Shown piece after piece: positions 41,801 through 49,856 of a DNA stretch of 64,000 nucleotides. Position 1 is the first letter of the stretch, and the number at the start of each line of letters is the position of its first letter. The position numbers and the translations under genes are program-made. Below the pieces are notes generated by a model. It saw nothing but the letters and a program-made list of their open reading frames with translations. It made no database searches and was not told the origin of the DNA. The stretch is from an uncultured Verrucomicrobiae bacterium (GTDB lineage Bacteria; Verrucomicrobiota; Verrucomicrobiia; Chthoniobacterales; Chthoniobacteraceae): positions 128,001 through 192,000 of the forward strand of contig CAWHEP010000008.1 of NCBI GenBank assembly GCA_963828525.1, given 5' to 3'.

Positions 41801-41892
41801 ACCTTTATTGCCTGATAACCCGCGAGCAGAATTATCAGGTTAACGACCGTCGCAACCACTGGACGGCGAATAAATAGATCAGTGAGTCTCAC
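38803..41892 (-). CDS. RND efflux permease (AcrB/MexW-like)
   Basis: DLFIRRPV, GLVVDDAIIVVEN, KNGILIVEFA, RLRPVLMT; 1029 aa. Confidence 0.95.
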   Translation of the reverse strand: MRLTDLFIRRPVVATVVNLIILLAGYQAIKVLNVRQYPRSDIAVITVNTTYVGANADLVRGFITTPLERVIASADGIDYIESQSAQSLSTITVHLKLNYDTNAALTQIQAKTAQVRNDLPPEAESPVIELETADNQFAAMYISFYSNDLDQNQITDYLTRVVQPKLTAVSGVQRADILGARTFAMRIWLKPDRMAAMNISASEIRQALASNNRLSAVGATKGSMISVNLVANTDLRTPEEFRELVIRHANGAIIRLRDVADVELGAEDYTQDVRFSGEKATFMGVWVLPTANSLDVIKAVRAEIPEIERQLPVGMQVKIPYDSTRYISDALNEVMKTLMETLAIVVVVIFLFLGSVRSIIIPVVAIPISLIGAAFLMLLFGFTLNLLTLLAIVLAVGLVVDDAIIVVENIERHLQEGMTAFDASIKGAHELLGPIIAMTITLVAVYAPIGVQGGLTGALFREFAFTLAGAVVVSGVVALTLSPMMSSKLLRAGDSHRGFAGWVNNRFDRLRRAYIGRLTATLKWRPVVITMGVIVVFLIIPFFLFTQSELAPKEDQGVVFGIVQAAPNSTVDQTSMFAEKVNEVFKSIPETENTFQLTSPTGGFSGMVTKSWSERKRSTEQIVGEVFGKAGEIPGVRVIATTPEPLPGGSQFPVEFVIASTAEPRELLDYANALVQKAMESHLFMFADTDLKYDQPQTEVVFDRDKVAALGLNLEQVGSDLGTMLGGNYVNRFSNSGRSYKVIPEIKRVERLNADQLNNFYVSGPNGKLVQLSTFASLKETTEPRNLNRFQQLNSAKIQGAIPPGVTLDQALRVLEDAAKDLPKGFSVDYAGTGRQLRLEGNRLTGTLVLSFILIFLVLAAQFESFRDPLIILVGSVPLALSGALLFCFLGFTTLNIYSQVGLITLVGLISKNGILIVEFANKLQESGMNKLDAIIEAAGTRLRPVLMTSVATVAGHFPLVLARGPGAGARNSIGIVLVSGMIVGTLFTLFVLPSVYMLVAKERRHAVPVPIEPETESEEEQQLVAVGV

Positions 41893-41906
41893 GGGGAGCG
41901 CTTCGC

Positions 41907-43034
41907 TTACGTATCGGGCGGGTTGGGGTTGGCGTCATTGCCCGGCGCCACACTGTTATTAATGTGAACGGGGAAACCGCTGCGAAGCTTGAAAACACCG
42001 GAAGTGACAACCCGATCCCCCTCCTTTACGCCCTTCAAGATGGAAACCTGGTCTCCGCGACTCGGCCCCAGCTTTACAAACTGCTGCTCCGCCAAGTGCA
42101 AAGGAGTGCCATCCGGCCCTGGCTGATCCTTGATCACAAATACGGAGTCACCGTATGGAGCGTAGTTAATGGAAGAAGCCGGGACGGAAACAACGCCCGC
42201 TTTCTCCGGGAGCAAGACATCCACCTTCACGAACATGCCCGGCCTCAGCTTCCGATCCGGATTGGGCACCGTCCCACGGACCATGATGTTGCGGGTGGAC
42301 TCATCCACCAGCGCGTCAACCGCGGAAATTTCTCCATTGAACTCTTTCTCTGCAATCCCCTCGGCTTTGACCTTCAGCTTCTTCGCGACCGAAAGTTCTT
42401 CCAAATGCTGCTGAGGCAGGGCGAAATCCACATAGATGGGATCGAGCGATTGGAGCGACGCAATGGGCGCCCCGACATTTAAATATTGGCCGACATTCAC
42501 CTGACGAATACCGATCCATCCATCAAAAGGCGCGAGGATCGTCTTCCTGGCGATCAGCGCTTCTGAGTCCTCTACGATGGCATCGGCCTGCCGGAACTCG
42601 CTCGCGGCACTGTCATAATCGGACTGGGCGACGGCCTTTTTCGCCACCAGCCCTTTTTGCCGCTCAAGGTTTATCTTGGCGAGATCACGCCGCGCTTGCG
42701 CCGAGCGTAGCTGCGCCTCCTCCTGCCGGGTATCGAGTTTTAGAAGAAGGTCGCCTTTTTTTACCTCTGCTCCCGAGGTGAACGCAATCTCGGTAACAAT
42801 GCCGGCCAAATCGGTACTCATAGTCACTCCATTCACAGCGCGCATCGAGCCCACAGTGCCAAGCACAGGCTCCCAATTTTGGATGGTTGCAGTGATCGCG
42901 GTCACAGCAGGCGGGCCGGGAGCATGTTTGGCTCCCTCTGCCATCGCCGTCCGTATCTGTGTGAACTTAAACAAACCCAACGCGATGATGAACAAGATCA
43001 TCGTCGCCACCATGAGAGACATACGTTTCACCAT
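41907..43034 (-). CDS. RND periplasmic adaptor (membrane fusion protein)
   Basis: VKKGDLLLKLD, ILAPFDG.IG, LRPGMFV, GDRVVTSG. Confidence 0.93.
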   Translation of the reverse strand: MVKRMSLMVATMILFIIALGLFKFTQIRTAMAEGAKHAPGPPAVTAITATIQNWEPVLGTVGSMRAVNGVTMSTDLAGIVTEIAFTSGAEVKKGDLLLKLDTRQEEAQLRSAQARRDLAKINLERQKGLVAKKAVAQSDYDSAASEFRQADAIVEDSEALIARKTILAPFDGWIGIRQVNVGQYLNVGAPIASLQSLDPIYVDFALPQQHLEELSVAKKLKVKAEGIAEKEFNGEISAVDALVDESTRNIMVRGTVPNPDRKLRPGMFVKVDVLLPEKAGVVSVPASSINYAPYGDSVFVIKDQPGPDGTPLHLAEQQFVKLGPSRGDQVSILKGVKEGDRVVTSGVFKLRSGFPVHINNSVAPGNDANPNPPDT

Positions 43035-43046
43035 AAAATACCTCCG

Positions 43047-43592
43047 TCAGGCAACAGCCTTGGCGCATTCCCGATCCTCAGGATCCGTTTCACGAGGGAT
43101 CGAATCCTGGATCTTCGCCATAAGCCCGACAATTTGATCCTGTTCCGCCCTTGAGAGCGGCTTGATGATTTCAGATACGCAGGAAAAGTAACCGGGAAGC
43201 AGTTCTTTGACGCAGGCTTCGCCGCGAGGGGTGAGCCGGATATTAAGCGTCCTTCGATCCGCGGCATCGGCCGCTCTTGTGACCATGCCGTCCCTCTCGA
43301 GAGTATCAACCAAGCCGGTCATAGTCGCGCGTGAGACGTTCGATTCATCCGCGAGGGCGGCGGGAGTGCGCGCCTCCGGACAACCGCGATGCAGAAGCAT
43401 CAGCACAGTGAACCGCCCGTGGCTGATATTATACCTGGCCAGGTAGCGGGTTTCGGCTGCGATCACCGCGCCACTGGTGCGGACGAACTCCAGGAAAACG
43501 GCGAAGGCAGCGGGATCAAGCGTGGGAAACGCTTCAGCCGCCTTAAGGAGACAATGATACCGTGGAATATCCTCGAGAGTTTTTACAGACAT
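43047..43592 (-). CDS. MarR-family transcriptional regulator
   Basis: ISHGRFTVL, TPAALA..VSRATMTGLVDTLERDG, DRR...LTPRG. Confidence 0.92.
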   Translation of the reverse strand: MSVKTLEDIPRYHCLLKAAEAFPTLDPAAFAVFLEFVRTSGAVIAAETRYLARYNISHGRFTVLMLLHRGCPEARTPAALADESNVSRATMTGLVDTLERDGMVTRAADAADRRTLNIRLTPRGEACVKELLPGYFSCVSEIIKPLSRAEQDQIVGLMAKIQDSIPRETDPEDRECAKAVA

Positions 43593-43594
43593 CT

Positions 43595-43608
43595 GTTAGG
43601 ACGCTAAC
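43595..43608. promoter_or_regulatory. Putative MarR operator, GTTAG-N4-CTAAC
   Basis: Inverted repeat 2 bp upstream of the marR ATG, overlapping a minus-strand TTGACC-N16-GATAGT promoter-like sequence. Confidence 0.6.
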
Positions 43609-43669
43609 TATCGATCACCTTTTCGCTTGGTCAATTGCAAAGTTCTCTGACTCGTACATTGCTTTCCCG

Positions 43670-45637
43670 ATGAGGTACCTTGTTCTAACGCTCGCCGCGC
43701 TTACCTTTACGTCATGGGTCGCGCTCGGAGAGATTGCGGTTACTTCGCCAGCAGCGGCAATTGCCTCCGCAGGGAGGGCAGAACTAAAGGTCGATCCTTT
43801 TCCTTTAAGCGCCGTCCGCCTCCTCGATAGCCCGTTTAAAACGGCGCAGAATCTCGACAAGAGATTCCTGCTTGCCCTCGACCCCGACCGTCTTCTTCAC
43901 AACTTCCGGGTGACTGCGGCGATTGTCTCGAAGTCGAAACCTCTGGGCGGATGGGAGGATCCCAAGTGCGAATTGCGGGGACACAGCATGGGGCACTTCC
44001 TGTCGGCCTGCTCCCTGATGTACGCGAGCACGGGCGATGAGCTACTGAAAGACCGCGTGGACTATCTGGTGAGGGAGCTCTGGATGTGCCAGGAGGCGCT
44101 GCCCCGCCTCGGCTTCAACGCTGGTTTCCTCGCGGCCTTTCCCGAAACCTTCTTTGATCGCGTGGACCGGAGCGAAAAGGTGTGGGCGCCTTACTACACA
44201 CTGCACAAGATTATGGCTGGGCTGCTGGATGCTTACACCTATACTGGCAACCAGCAGGCACTGACGATTCTGACAGAGATGGCGACCTGGCTCCAGCGGA
44301 GGGTAGATCGCCTCCCCCATGGCCAGATGCAGGACGCCCTGAGAAATGAGCACGGCGGGATGAACGAAGTTCTCGCAAATCTCTACGCGGTCACTGGGAA
44401 CCCGGAACATCTTAATCTTGCCAAATCATTCAACCACGAGGCGGTGCTCCTGCCGCTCGCACAAGGAGATGACAAGCTGGACGGGCTGCATGCAAATACC
44501 CAAATTCCGAAGGTCATTGGCGCGGCGCGCGAGTATGAAATGACGGGAGACGAGCAGTTCAAACAGATGGCAAACTTCTTCTGGCAGACCGTTGCGACGC
44601 GTCGTTCTTATGTCATCGGCGGGGATAGCGACAGAGAGCATTTCTTTCCGGTTCTGGATTTCTGCAAACATCTGAGTCCGGACACCTGCGAGACGTGCAA
44701 CACCTATAACATGTTGAAGCTAACGAGGCATGTCTTCGAATGGGAACCCTCAGGGGACAAGATGGACTTCTACGAGCGGGCTCTATACAACCACATCCTT
44801 GCGTCGCAGGATCCCCAAACGGGGATGTTTGTTTACCTGATGTCGCTCAAGCCCGGGCATTTCAAAACGTATTCCACAGCAGAGAAGTCGTTCTGGTGTT
44901 GCGTGGGGACTGGCATGGAGAACCACGCAAAGTATGGCGACACGATCTACTTCCACAATGAAGACGCTATTTACGTGAACCTCTTCATTCCATCGGAGGT
45001 TGTGTGGAAGGAGAAGGCCGTCACCATCCGGCAGGACACGCTTTTTCCTGAAGAGGAAACAAGCCGGTTGCGCATAAGCTGCGCCGAGCCCGTCGAGATG
45101 GCCATCAAGATACGACATCCTGGATGGGTGAGAACCGGGATGACCGTCGACGTGAATGGATTGCCCGAGAAAGTAGAGGGGCGCGCCGGATCGTACCTCA
45201 CCGTCGAGAGGGAATGGCATGATGGAGACGTCGTGGATATCCGGACACCTATGGAATTGAGGCTGGAGGCGCTACCAGAAACGAAGGATACCTATGCGCT
45301 GCTGTATGGACCTGTGGTTCTTGCCGGAAAGATGGGAAACGAAGGCATGCCCAGCCCTTACGCGGAGCGGCAGACGCAGTTCGATTCCGTCCCCTCCCCC
45401 CAGGCGCCGAGTTTTGTTTGTGACCTCCAGGATTTCACCAGCCATATCGACCCCACTCCCGGGCATCCGCTTACATTCCGGAGCCGGGATATAGGAAAAC
45501 CGGAAGAAGTGACGTTCATCCCCTTCTACAGGATGCATCACCAGCGCTATAGCGTTTACTGGAAGATCTTCTCGCCGGAAGAGTGGAAAAGCATCGGGCC
45601 CGTGATGTCAACTCTCCCTCAGCATGGGCCGAACTGA
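43670..45637 (+). CDS. Exported GH127/GH146-type beta-L-arabinofuranosidase-like hydrolase
   Basis: GGWE..LRGHSMGHFLSA, EHGGMNE, HANTQIPK, ETCNTYNMLKL, WCCVGTG (Zn/catalytic Cys). Confidence 0.9.
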   Translation: MRYLVLTLAALTFTSWVALGEIAVTSPAAAIASAGRAELKVDPFPLSAVRLLDSPFKTAQNLDKRFLLALDPDRLLHNFRVTAAIVSKSKPLGGWEDPKCELRGHSMGHFLSACSLMYASTGDELLKDRVDYLVRELWMCQEALPRLGFNAGFLAAFPETFFDRVDRSEKVWAPYYTLHKIMAGLLDAYTYTGNQQALTILTEMATWLQRRVDRLPHGQMQDALRNEHGGMNEVLANLYAVTGNPEHLNLAKSFNHEAVLLPLAQGDDKLDGLHANTQIPKVIGAAREYEMTGDEQFKQMANFFWQTVATRRSYVIGGDSDREHFFPVLDFCKHLSPDTCETCNTYNMLKLTRHVFEWEPSGDKMDFYERALYNHILASQDPQTGMFVYLMSLKPGHFKTYSTAEKSFWCCVGTGMENHAKYGDTIYFHNEDAIYVNLFIPSEVVWKEKAVTIRQDTLFPEEETSRLRISCAEPVEMAIKIRHPGWVRTGMTVDVNGLPEKVEGRAGSYLTVEREWHDGDVVDIRTPMELRLEALPETKDTYALLYGPVVLAGKMGNEGMPSPYAERQTQFDSVPSPQAPSFVCDLQDFTSHIDPTPGHPLTFRSRDIGKPEEVTFIPFYRMHHQRYSVYWKIFSPEEWKSIGPVMSTLPQHGPN

Positions 45638-45655
45638 TATGGAAGAACAAGACTC

Positions 45656-47173
45656 GTGAATACCCTGAAGACACACCTCGTCTTTGCGCTCATGGCGACG
45701 GCGCTGTTTTTCTTTGCGGTGAGCCGTCTGAAGAAGGATAATTTCACATTCGATACCGTGGTTTCAGAGGCGCGCCAGGCTGCCGCCCGGCCATACAAGA
45801 TTCCCGTCTCACCTCTTCCAGAGTTTCTCAGGAAGCTGACTTACGACCAGTATCGGGATATCCGCTTCAAGGAGAGTGAAAGTCTCTGGCGCAAGGAGGG
45901 TCTTCCGTTCCAGGTAAAATTTTTCCAGACGGGCGGAGGTAATGATATCCCCATCTCTGTTTACGAGATCAACCGAACCTCGATGAGGCAGGTGGATTAC
46001 TCTGCTTCATCGTTCGACTGGGGAAAAAACCATTTTGACAAGCCCGTGCCGCCGGATGCGGGTTATGCCGGGTTCCGGATCCACTATCCCATAAATCGAA
46101 GTGATTACCTGGATGAGGTGGCTGTGTTTCTGGGGGCCAGCTACTTCCGCGCGGTCGCGCAGAAGCAAGTCTATGGGTTGTCGGCCCGCGGCTTGGCCAT
46201 CGATACGGTCGCGCGCCGAACTGAGGAATTCCCGGTCTTCACGAAGTTTTGGCTTCGCCAGCCGGAGCGGGACAGCCGCGCCCTGGAATTTTACGCGCTT
46301 TTGGAGGGCAAGAGCGTGACAGGGGCGTACGCGTTCGAGGTTATTCCCGGCGCGGAAACGATCATAAAGGTCAAGGCTACTTTGTTTTTCCGGAAGAAGG
46401 TGGAGCAACTGGGAATGGCGCCTCTGACGAGCATGTTTTGGTATGGGGAGAACACGAGCAACACATTTGGGGACTTCAGACCGGAGGTGCATGATTCTGA
46501 TGGCCTCCTCATGAATACCGGCAAGGACGAATGGATCTGGCGTCCTCTCTCCTGGGGAAAGGAGATGCAGGTAAACACATTCGAAGATGAGCACCCGAAA
46601 GGATTTGGCCTGCTGCAGAGGGATCGCGATTTTAGCCACTACCAAGACCTGGAGGCGAAGTATCACATGCGCCCAAGCGCGTGGGTGCGTCCCGGTGGCG
46701 ACTGGGGAAAAGGTCATGTATTCCTTCTTCAGCTCCCGGCGAATAAGGAATACGCGGACAACGTCGTGGCGTTCTGGACTCCCGAAAAGCCGCCACCTCC
46801 CGGAGGCTCGATGGAGCTGAACTATGAAATCTCATTCTTTACGGAGAATCGGGCGCTCCCTCCCATTGGCCGATGCACTTCCACCCGCATCGACTACCAG
46901 GAAGCGCAATACTACCGGCAGATGTTCCTGGACTTCGGAGGGGAGAAACTAAACGGCCTCAAGGCAGATAGCGCGGTCACCGCGGATGTCGGATGTAGTT
47001 CGCCTGGGATGATCTCGGAGGTAAAGGTACGCAAGAATGAGTTTGATAACTCGTGGCGAGCAACGTTTTTTGTCCGCACGAAAGTCAGGAAGTCACCCAT
47101 CGAGTTGCACTGCGTTCTTCTCCTCAAGGGAGAGCCATTGACTGAGAAGTGGACCTACACATGGACGCCCTGA
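45656..47173 (+). CDS. opgG: Periplasmic glucan biosynthesis protein G/D
   Basis: YDQYRDIRF, FLGASYFRA, YGLSARGLAIDT, EEFP.F, APLTSMF, DFRPEVHDSDGL, GFGLLQRDR, DNVVAFW. Confidence 0.93.
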   Translation: MNTLKTHLVFALMATALFFFAVSRLKKDNFTFDTVVSEARQAAARPYKIPVSPLPEFLRKLTYDQYRDIRFKESESLWRKEGLPFQVKFFQTGGGNDIPISVYEINRTSMRQVDYSASSFDWGKNHFDKPVPPDAGYAGFRIHYPINRSDYLDEVAVFLGASYFRAVAQKQVYGLSARGLAIDTVARRTEEFPVFTKFWLRQPERDSRALEFYALLEGKSVTGAYAFEVIPGAETIIKVKATLFFRKKVEQLGMAPLTSMFWYGENTSNTFGDFRPEVHDSDGLLMNTGKDEWIWRPLSWGKEMQVNTFEDEHPKGFGLLQRDRDFSHYQDLEAKYHMRPSAWVRPGGDWGKGHVFLLQLPANKEYADNVVAFWTPEKPPPPGGSMELNYEISFFTENRALPPIGRCTSTRIDYQEAQYYRQMFLDFGGEKLNGLKADSAVTADVGCSSPGMISEVKVRKNEFDNSWRATFFVRTKVRKSPIELHCVLLLKGEPLTEKWTYTWTP

Positions 47174-47724
47174 GCATCAACACGCGGACAAGGGGCTGCG
47201 TGGAAGAATGGAACGACGCGCATCTCCGACTGGAAAGCTACCTGCGCGCCTATCGCCTGGGCGACAAGTGGCACGAGCACGAACTTGTGAGAGCTATCAT
47301 GCTGCAGGCCGTTGGCAGGAAGGAGCTGTCCCCCGAGCGCGACGCCACAACAATCACGCTCGAAACCGCAATTGAGATGACCGATCAATGGTTCAGTCTC
47401 GTCATGCGCGACGCGGGTGAGCGCGCTTCGGCGGAAGGGCGCGTGCACCTTTTGCTAACCGACGCGGGCAGAGAGTGGAGAGACGCGTTCCTCTCCAGCG
47501 ATCCTCCCGTAGAATTCATCCGCGCGATCAACGACGTCTCAGTGAGCCTGGGACCCGACATGCATAAGTCCCGCATGAACGCGCAGCAAATGGACTATGG
47601 GACTTTCGAAAGAATCGCCAGAGGCGCGTTCGAACAATTTGAGTGGGGGCCGGTGCTGCGAGCATTCGTGATCTGGCTCGTGATCTTCCTCGCGGCGTTC
47701 ACGTGGTATCGGCACGTCTCATGA
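47161..47724 (+). CDS. Hypothetical membrane-anchored protein between opgG and opgH
   Basis: Overlaps both neighbours; helical N-terminus (RLESYLRAY), C-terminal TM helix. Confidence 0.7.
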   Translation: MDALSINTRTRGCVEEWNDAHLRLESYLRAYRLGDKWHEHELVRAIMLQAVGRKELSPERDATTITLETAIEMTDQWFSLVMRDAGERASAEGRVHLLLTDAGREWRDAFLSSDPPVEFIRAINDVSVSLGPDMHKSRMNAQQMDYGTFERIARGAFEQFEWGPVLRAFVIWLVIFLAAFTWYRHVS

Positions 47725-49811
47725 AAGTTCTGAAGCTTTCAGAAATCCGCACGGATCAGGTTGCCTTGCGGCGCGCTCTTTTCTTCGCGGCGGTCGCCGT
47801 AATAACATTCATCGCAACCACACTGATGGCTGACGCGCTGCGGATTGAGTTTTTGTCCTGGCTGGACTTTATACTCCTCGGTGTCTTCGTTTTGCTTTCC
47901 TCGCAGATCGCGGCCGGCTTTTGCCTGGGCCTATTCGGTTTCTTTGAAACACTGCGCCCGGAAGGCGACCCGTATCGGATCAGCAACACGATACGAGAGG
48001 AGGAATCCATCCCCCTCGCCCGGACGGCAATCGTGATGCCCGTGTTCAACGAGGATATCGCGCGGGTGCTGCAGGGGGTAGAGAACATGTTCCTTTCCGT
48101 GGAATCAACTGGCGAGGCTGACCTGTTTGATTTCTTCATTCTCAGCGATTCCGACAAGCCAGACTGCTGGTTGAAGGAGGAATGGGAATGGGTGCGACTT
48201 TGCAAAAAACTCAATGCGTTCGGCAGGATCTTCTATCGGAAGCGTCGAGTTCCCGTGCATGGCAAGAGCGGCAACGTGGCGGATTTCTGCCGCCGCTGGG
48301 GCCGGAAGTATCGGTATATGATCGTCCTGGACGCGGACAGCATCATGGCGGGGAGCATCTTTGTGCGTCTCGTCCGGATGATGGAGAGAAACCCTGAGGT
48401 CGGCATTATCCAGACCGCGCCCTATTTAGTCAGGGGAGTGTCTCTTTTCCGCCGAGTGGTGCAGTTCACGCATCGGATGTGCGGCCCGGTGTTGGCCGCA
48501 GGCTCCAACTACTGGCACCTTGGAACGGGCAATTATTGGGGACACAACGCCATCATACGGCTCGAGCCGTTTATGAACTCTTGCGACCTGCCTGATCTGC
48601 CCGGCCCAGCCGGCACTCGTCTTCACATCATGAGCCACGACACGGTGGAGGCTGCCTTGATGCGGAGGGCAGGATATGACGTTTGGTTCGCCTACGATGA
48701 GCCGGGTTCCTATGAGGAAGGACCCCCGAATCTCACTGAGAGTCTGAAGCGGGATCGCCGCTGGTGCCAGGGTAATCTCCAGCACTTCTGGTTCCTGTTT
48801 GCCCGCAACATCAATTTCTCCAACCGCCTGCACATCTATTTTGGCCTCATGTCTTACCTTGGGTCGCCTCTGTGGCTCCTGTTTCTGGTTCTGAGCGCCC
48901 TGAACTTTCATGAAAAAGCGCGTTTCGCTTTCCTCTCATCGATGGACGAGAGCATCCGGAGCGAACACTCCGCGAAAGTTCTGCTTGTCCTGACGTTGAC
49001 ACTGCTGTTCCTGCCAAAGTTCCTCGGACTGGCGGCGACGCTCCGAAGATCGCGCGAATTTGGCGGGGTCATAAAGCTGTTCGCGAGCGCTTTGCTTGAA
49101 ACTCTTCTTTCGGTGCTCGCGGCGCCCATCCTGATGCTTTTTCACACGCGCTTTGTCGTGATGACAATGCTGGGGATGCGGATGGCGTGGAAGACGCAGA
49201 ATCGATCTGACGAGGTCGGCCTGAGTTGGGCTGAAGCGGCACAAACGTACGCCTGGGTCACCCTTACCGGACTGATTGCAGGCGCCGCCGTTTCCTGGTT
49301 CCTCCCGTCTTTTTTGCCATGGCTCATCCCCGTGCTTGCCGGATGGGTGCTATCCGTCCCGTTCGCATATTTTACCAGCCTTGATCGAGTCGGTCGCTGG
49401 ATGCTCCGGCATCGGTTTTTTATGATACCTGAGGAAACGAATCCCCCGGCTGAATTCAGCGGATTGGATCACCCATCTTCGAATGTGACTGGCGCGATCT
49501 TTGACGAGGCTCAGCACGACGGCCTTCGCCTCGCCGTGCTGGATCCCTACGTCAACGCGGTGCATGTGTCGTTGCTGCGTCCCCGGCCACTCAAGAAACA
49601 GCATGCGCGGGAGTATATGAAACGCCTGCAGACCACGTTAATCACAGGCGGGCCAGATAAACTCACCACCCGGGAGCGTGTCGCGCTGCTCTCCGATGCC
49701 GAGTCGCTGGCGCAGTTGCACAAGTCTCTCTGGTCGCAACCCGCTCAGGAGATGAATGGATGGTGGCGGGACGCCATGCGCAAGTACTCGCGGCAGGTTG
49801 TGGATGAATGA
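47721..49811 (+). CDS. opgH: Glucan biosynthesis glucosyltransferase H (GT2)
   Basis: TAIVMPVFNED, FILSDS, KSGNVADFCRRWG, VLDADS, NYWGHNAIIR, SHDTVEAA, RDRRWCQGNLQH. Confidence 0.95.
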   Translation: MKVLKLSEIRTDQVALRRALFFAAVAVITFIATTLMADALRIEFLSWLDFILLGVFVLLSSQIAAGFCLGLFGFFETLRPEGDPYRISNTIREEESIPLARTAIVMPVFNEDIARVLQGVENMFLSVESTGEADLFDFFILSDSDKPDCWLKEEWEWVRLCKKLNAFGRIFYRKRRVPVHGKSGNVADFCRRWGRKYRYMIVLDADSIMAGSIFVRLVRMMERNPEVGIIQTAPYLVRGVSLFRRVVQFTHRMCGPVLAAGSNYWHLGTGNYWGHNAIIRLEPFMNSCDLPDLPGPAGTRLHIMSHDTVEAALMRRAGYDVWFAYDEPGSYEEGPPNLTESLKRDRRWCQGNLQHFWFLFARNINFSNRLHIYFGLMSYLGSPLWLLFLVLSALNFHEKARFAFLSSMDESIRSEHSAKVLLVLTLTLLFLPKFLGLAATLRRSREFGGVIKLFASALLETLLSVLAAPILMLFHTRFVVMTMLGMRMAWKTQNRSDEVGLSWAEAAQTYAWVTLTGLIAGAAVSWFLPSFLPWLIPVLAGWVLSVPFAYFTSLDRVGRWMLRHRFFMIPEETNPPAEFSGLDHPSSNVTGAIFDEAQHDGLRLAVLDPYVNAVHVSLLRPRPLKKQHAREYMKRLQTTLITGGPDKLTTRERVALLSDAESLAQLHKSLWSQPAQEMNGWWRDAMRKYSRQVVDE

Positions 49812-49856
49812 AAGCCGGTTGCTTTCCGTCCCAGAAGAGGTCGAGCTCCTCATCAC

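Noticed and set aside
49810..49826. GAAAGC-N5-GCTTTC hairpin between convergent opgH and the sulfotransferase-like gene
   Set aside because: Short stem and no real U-tract on either strand; too weak to call a terminator.
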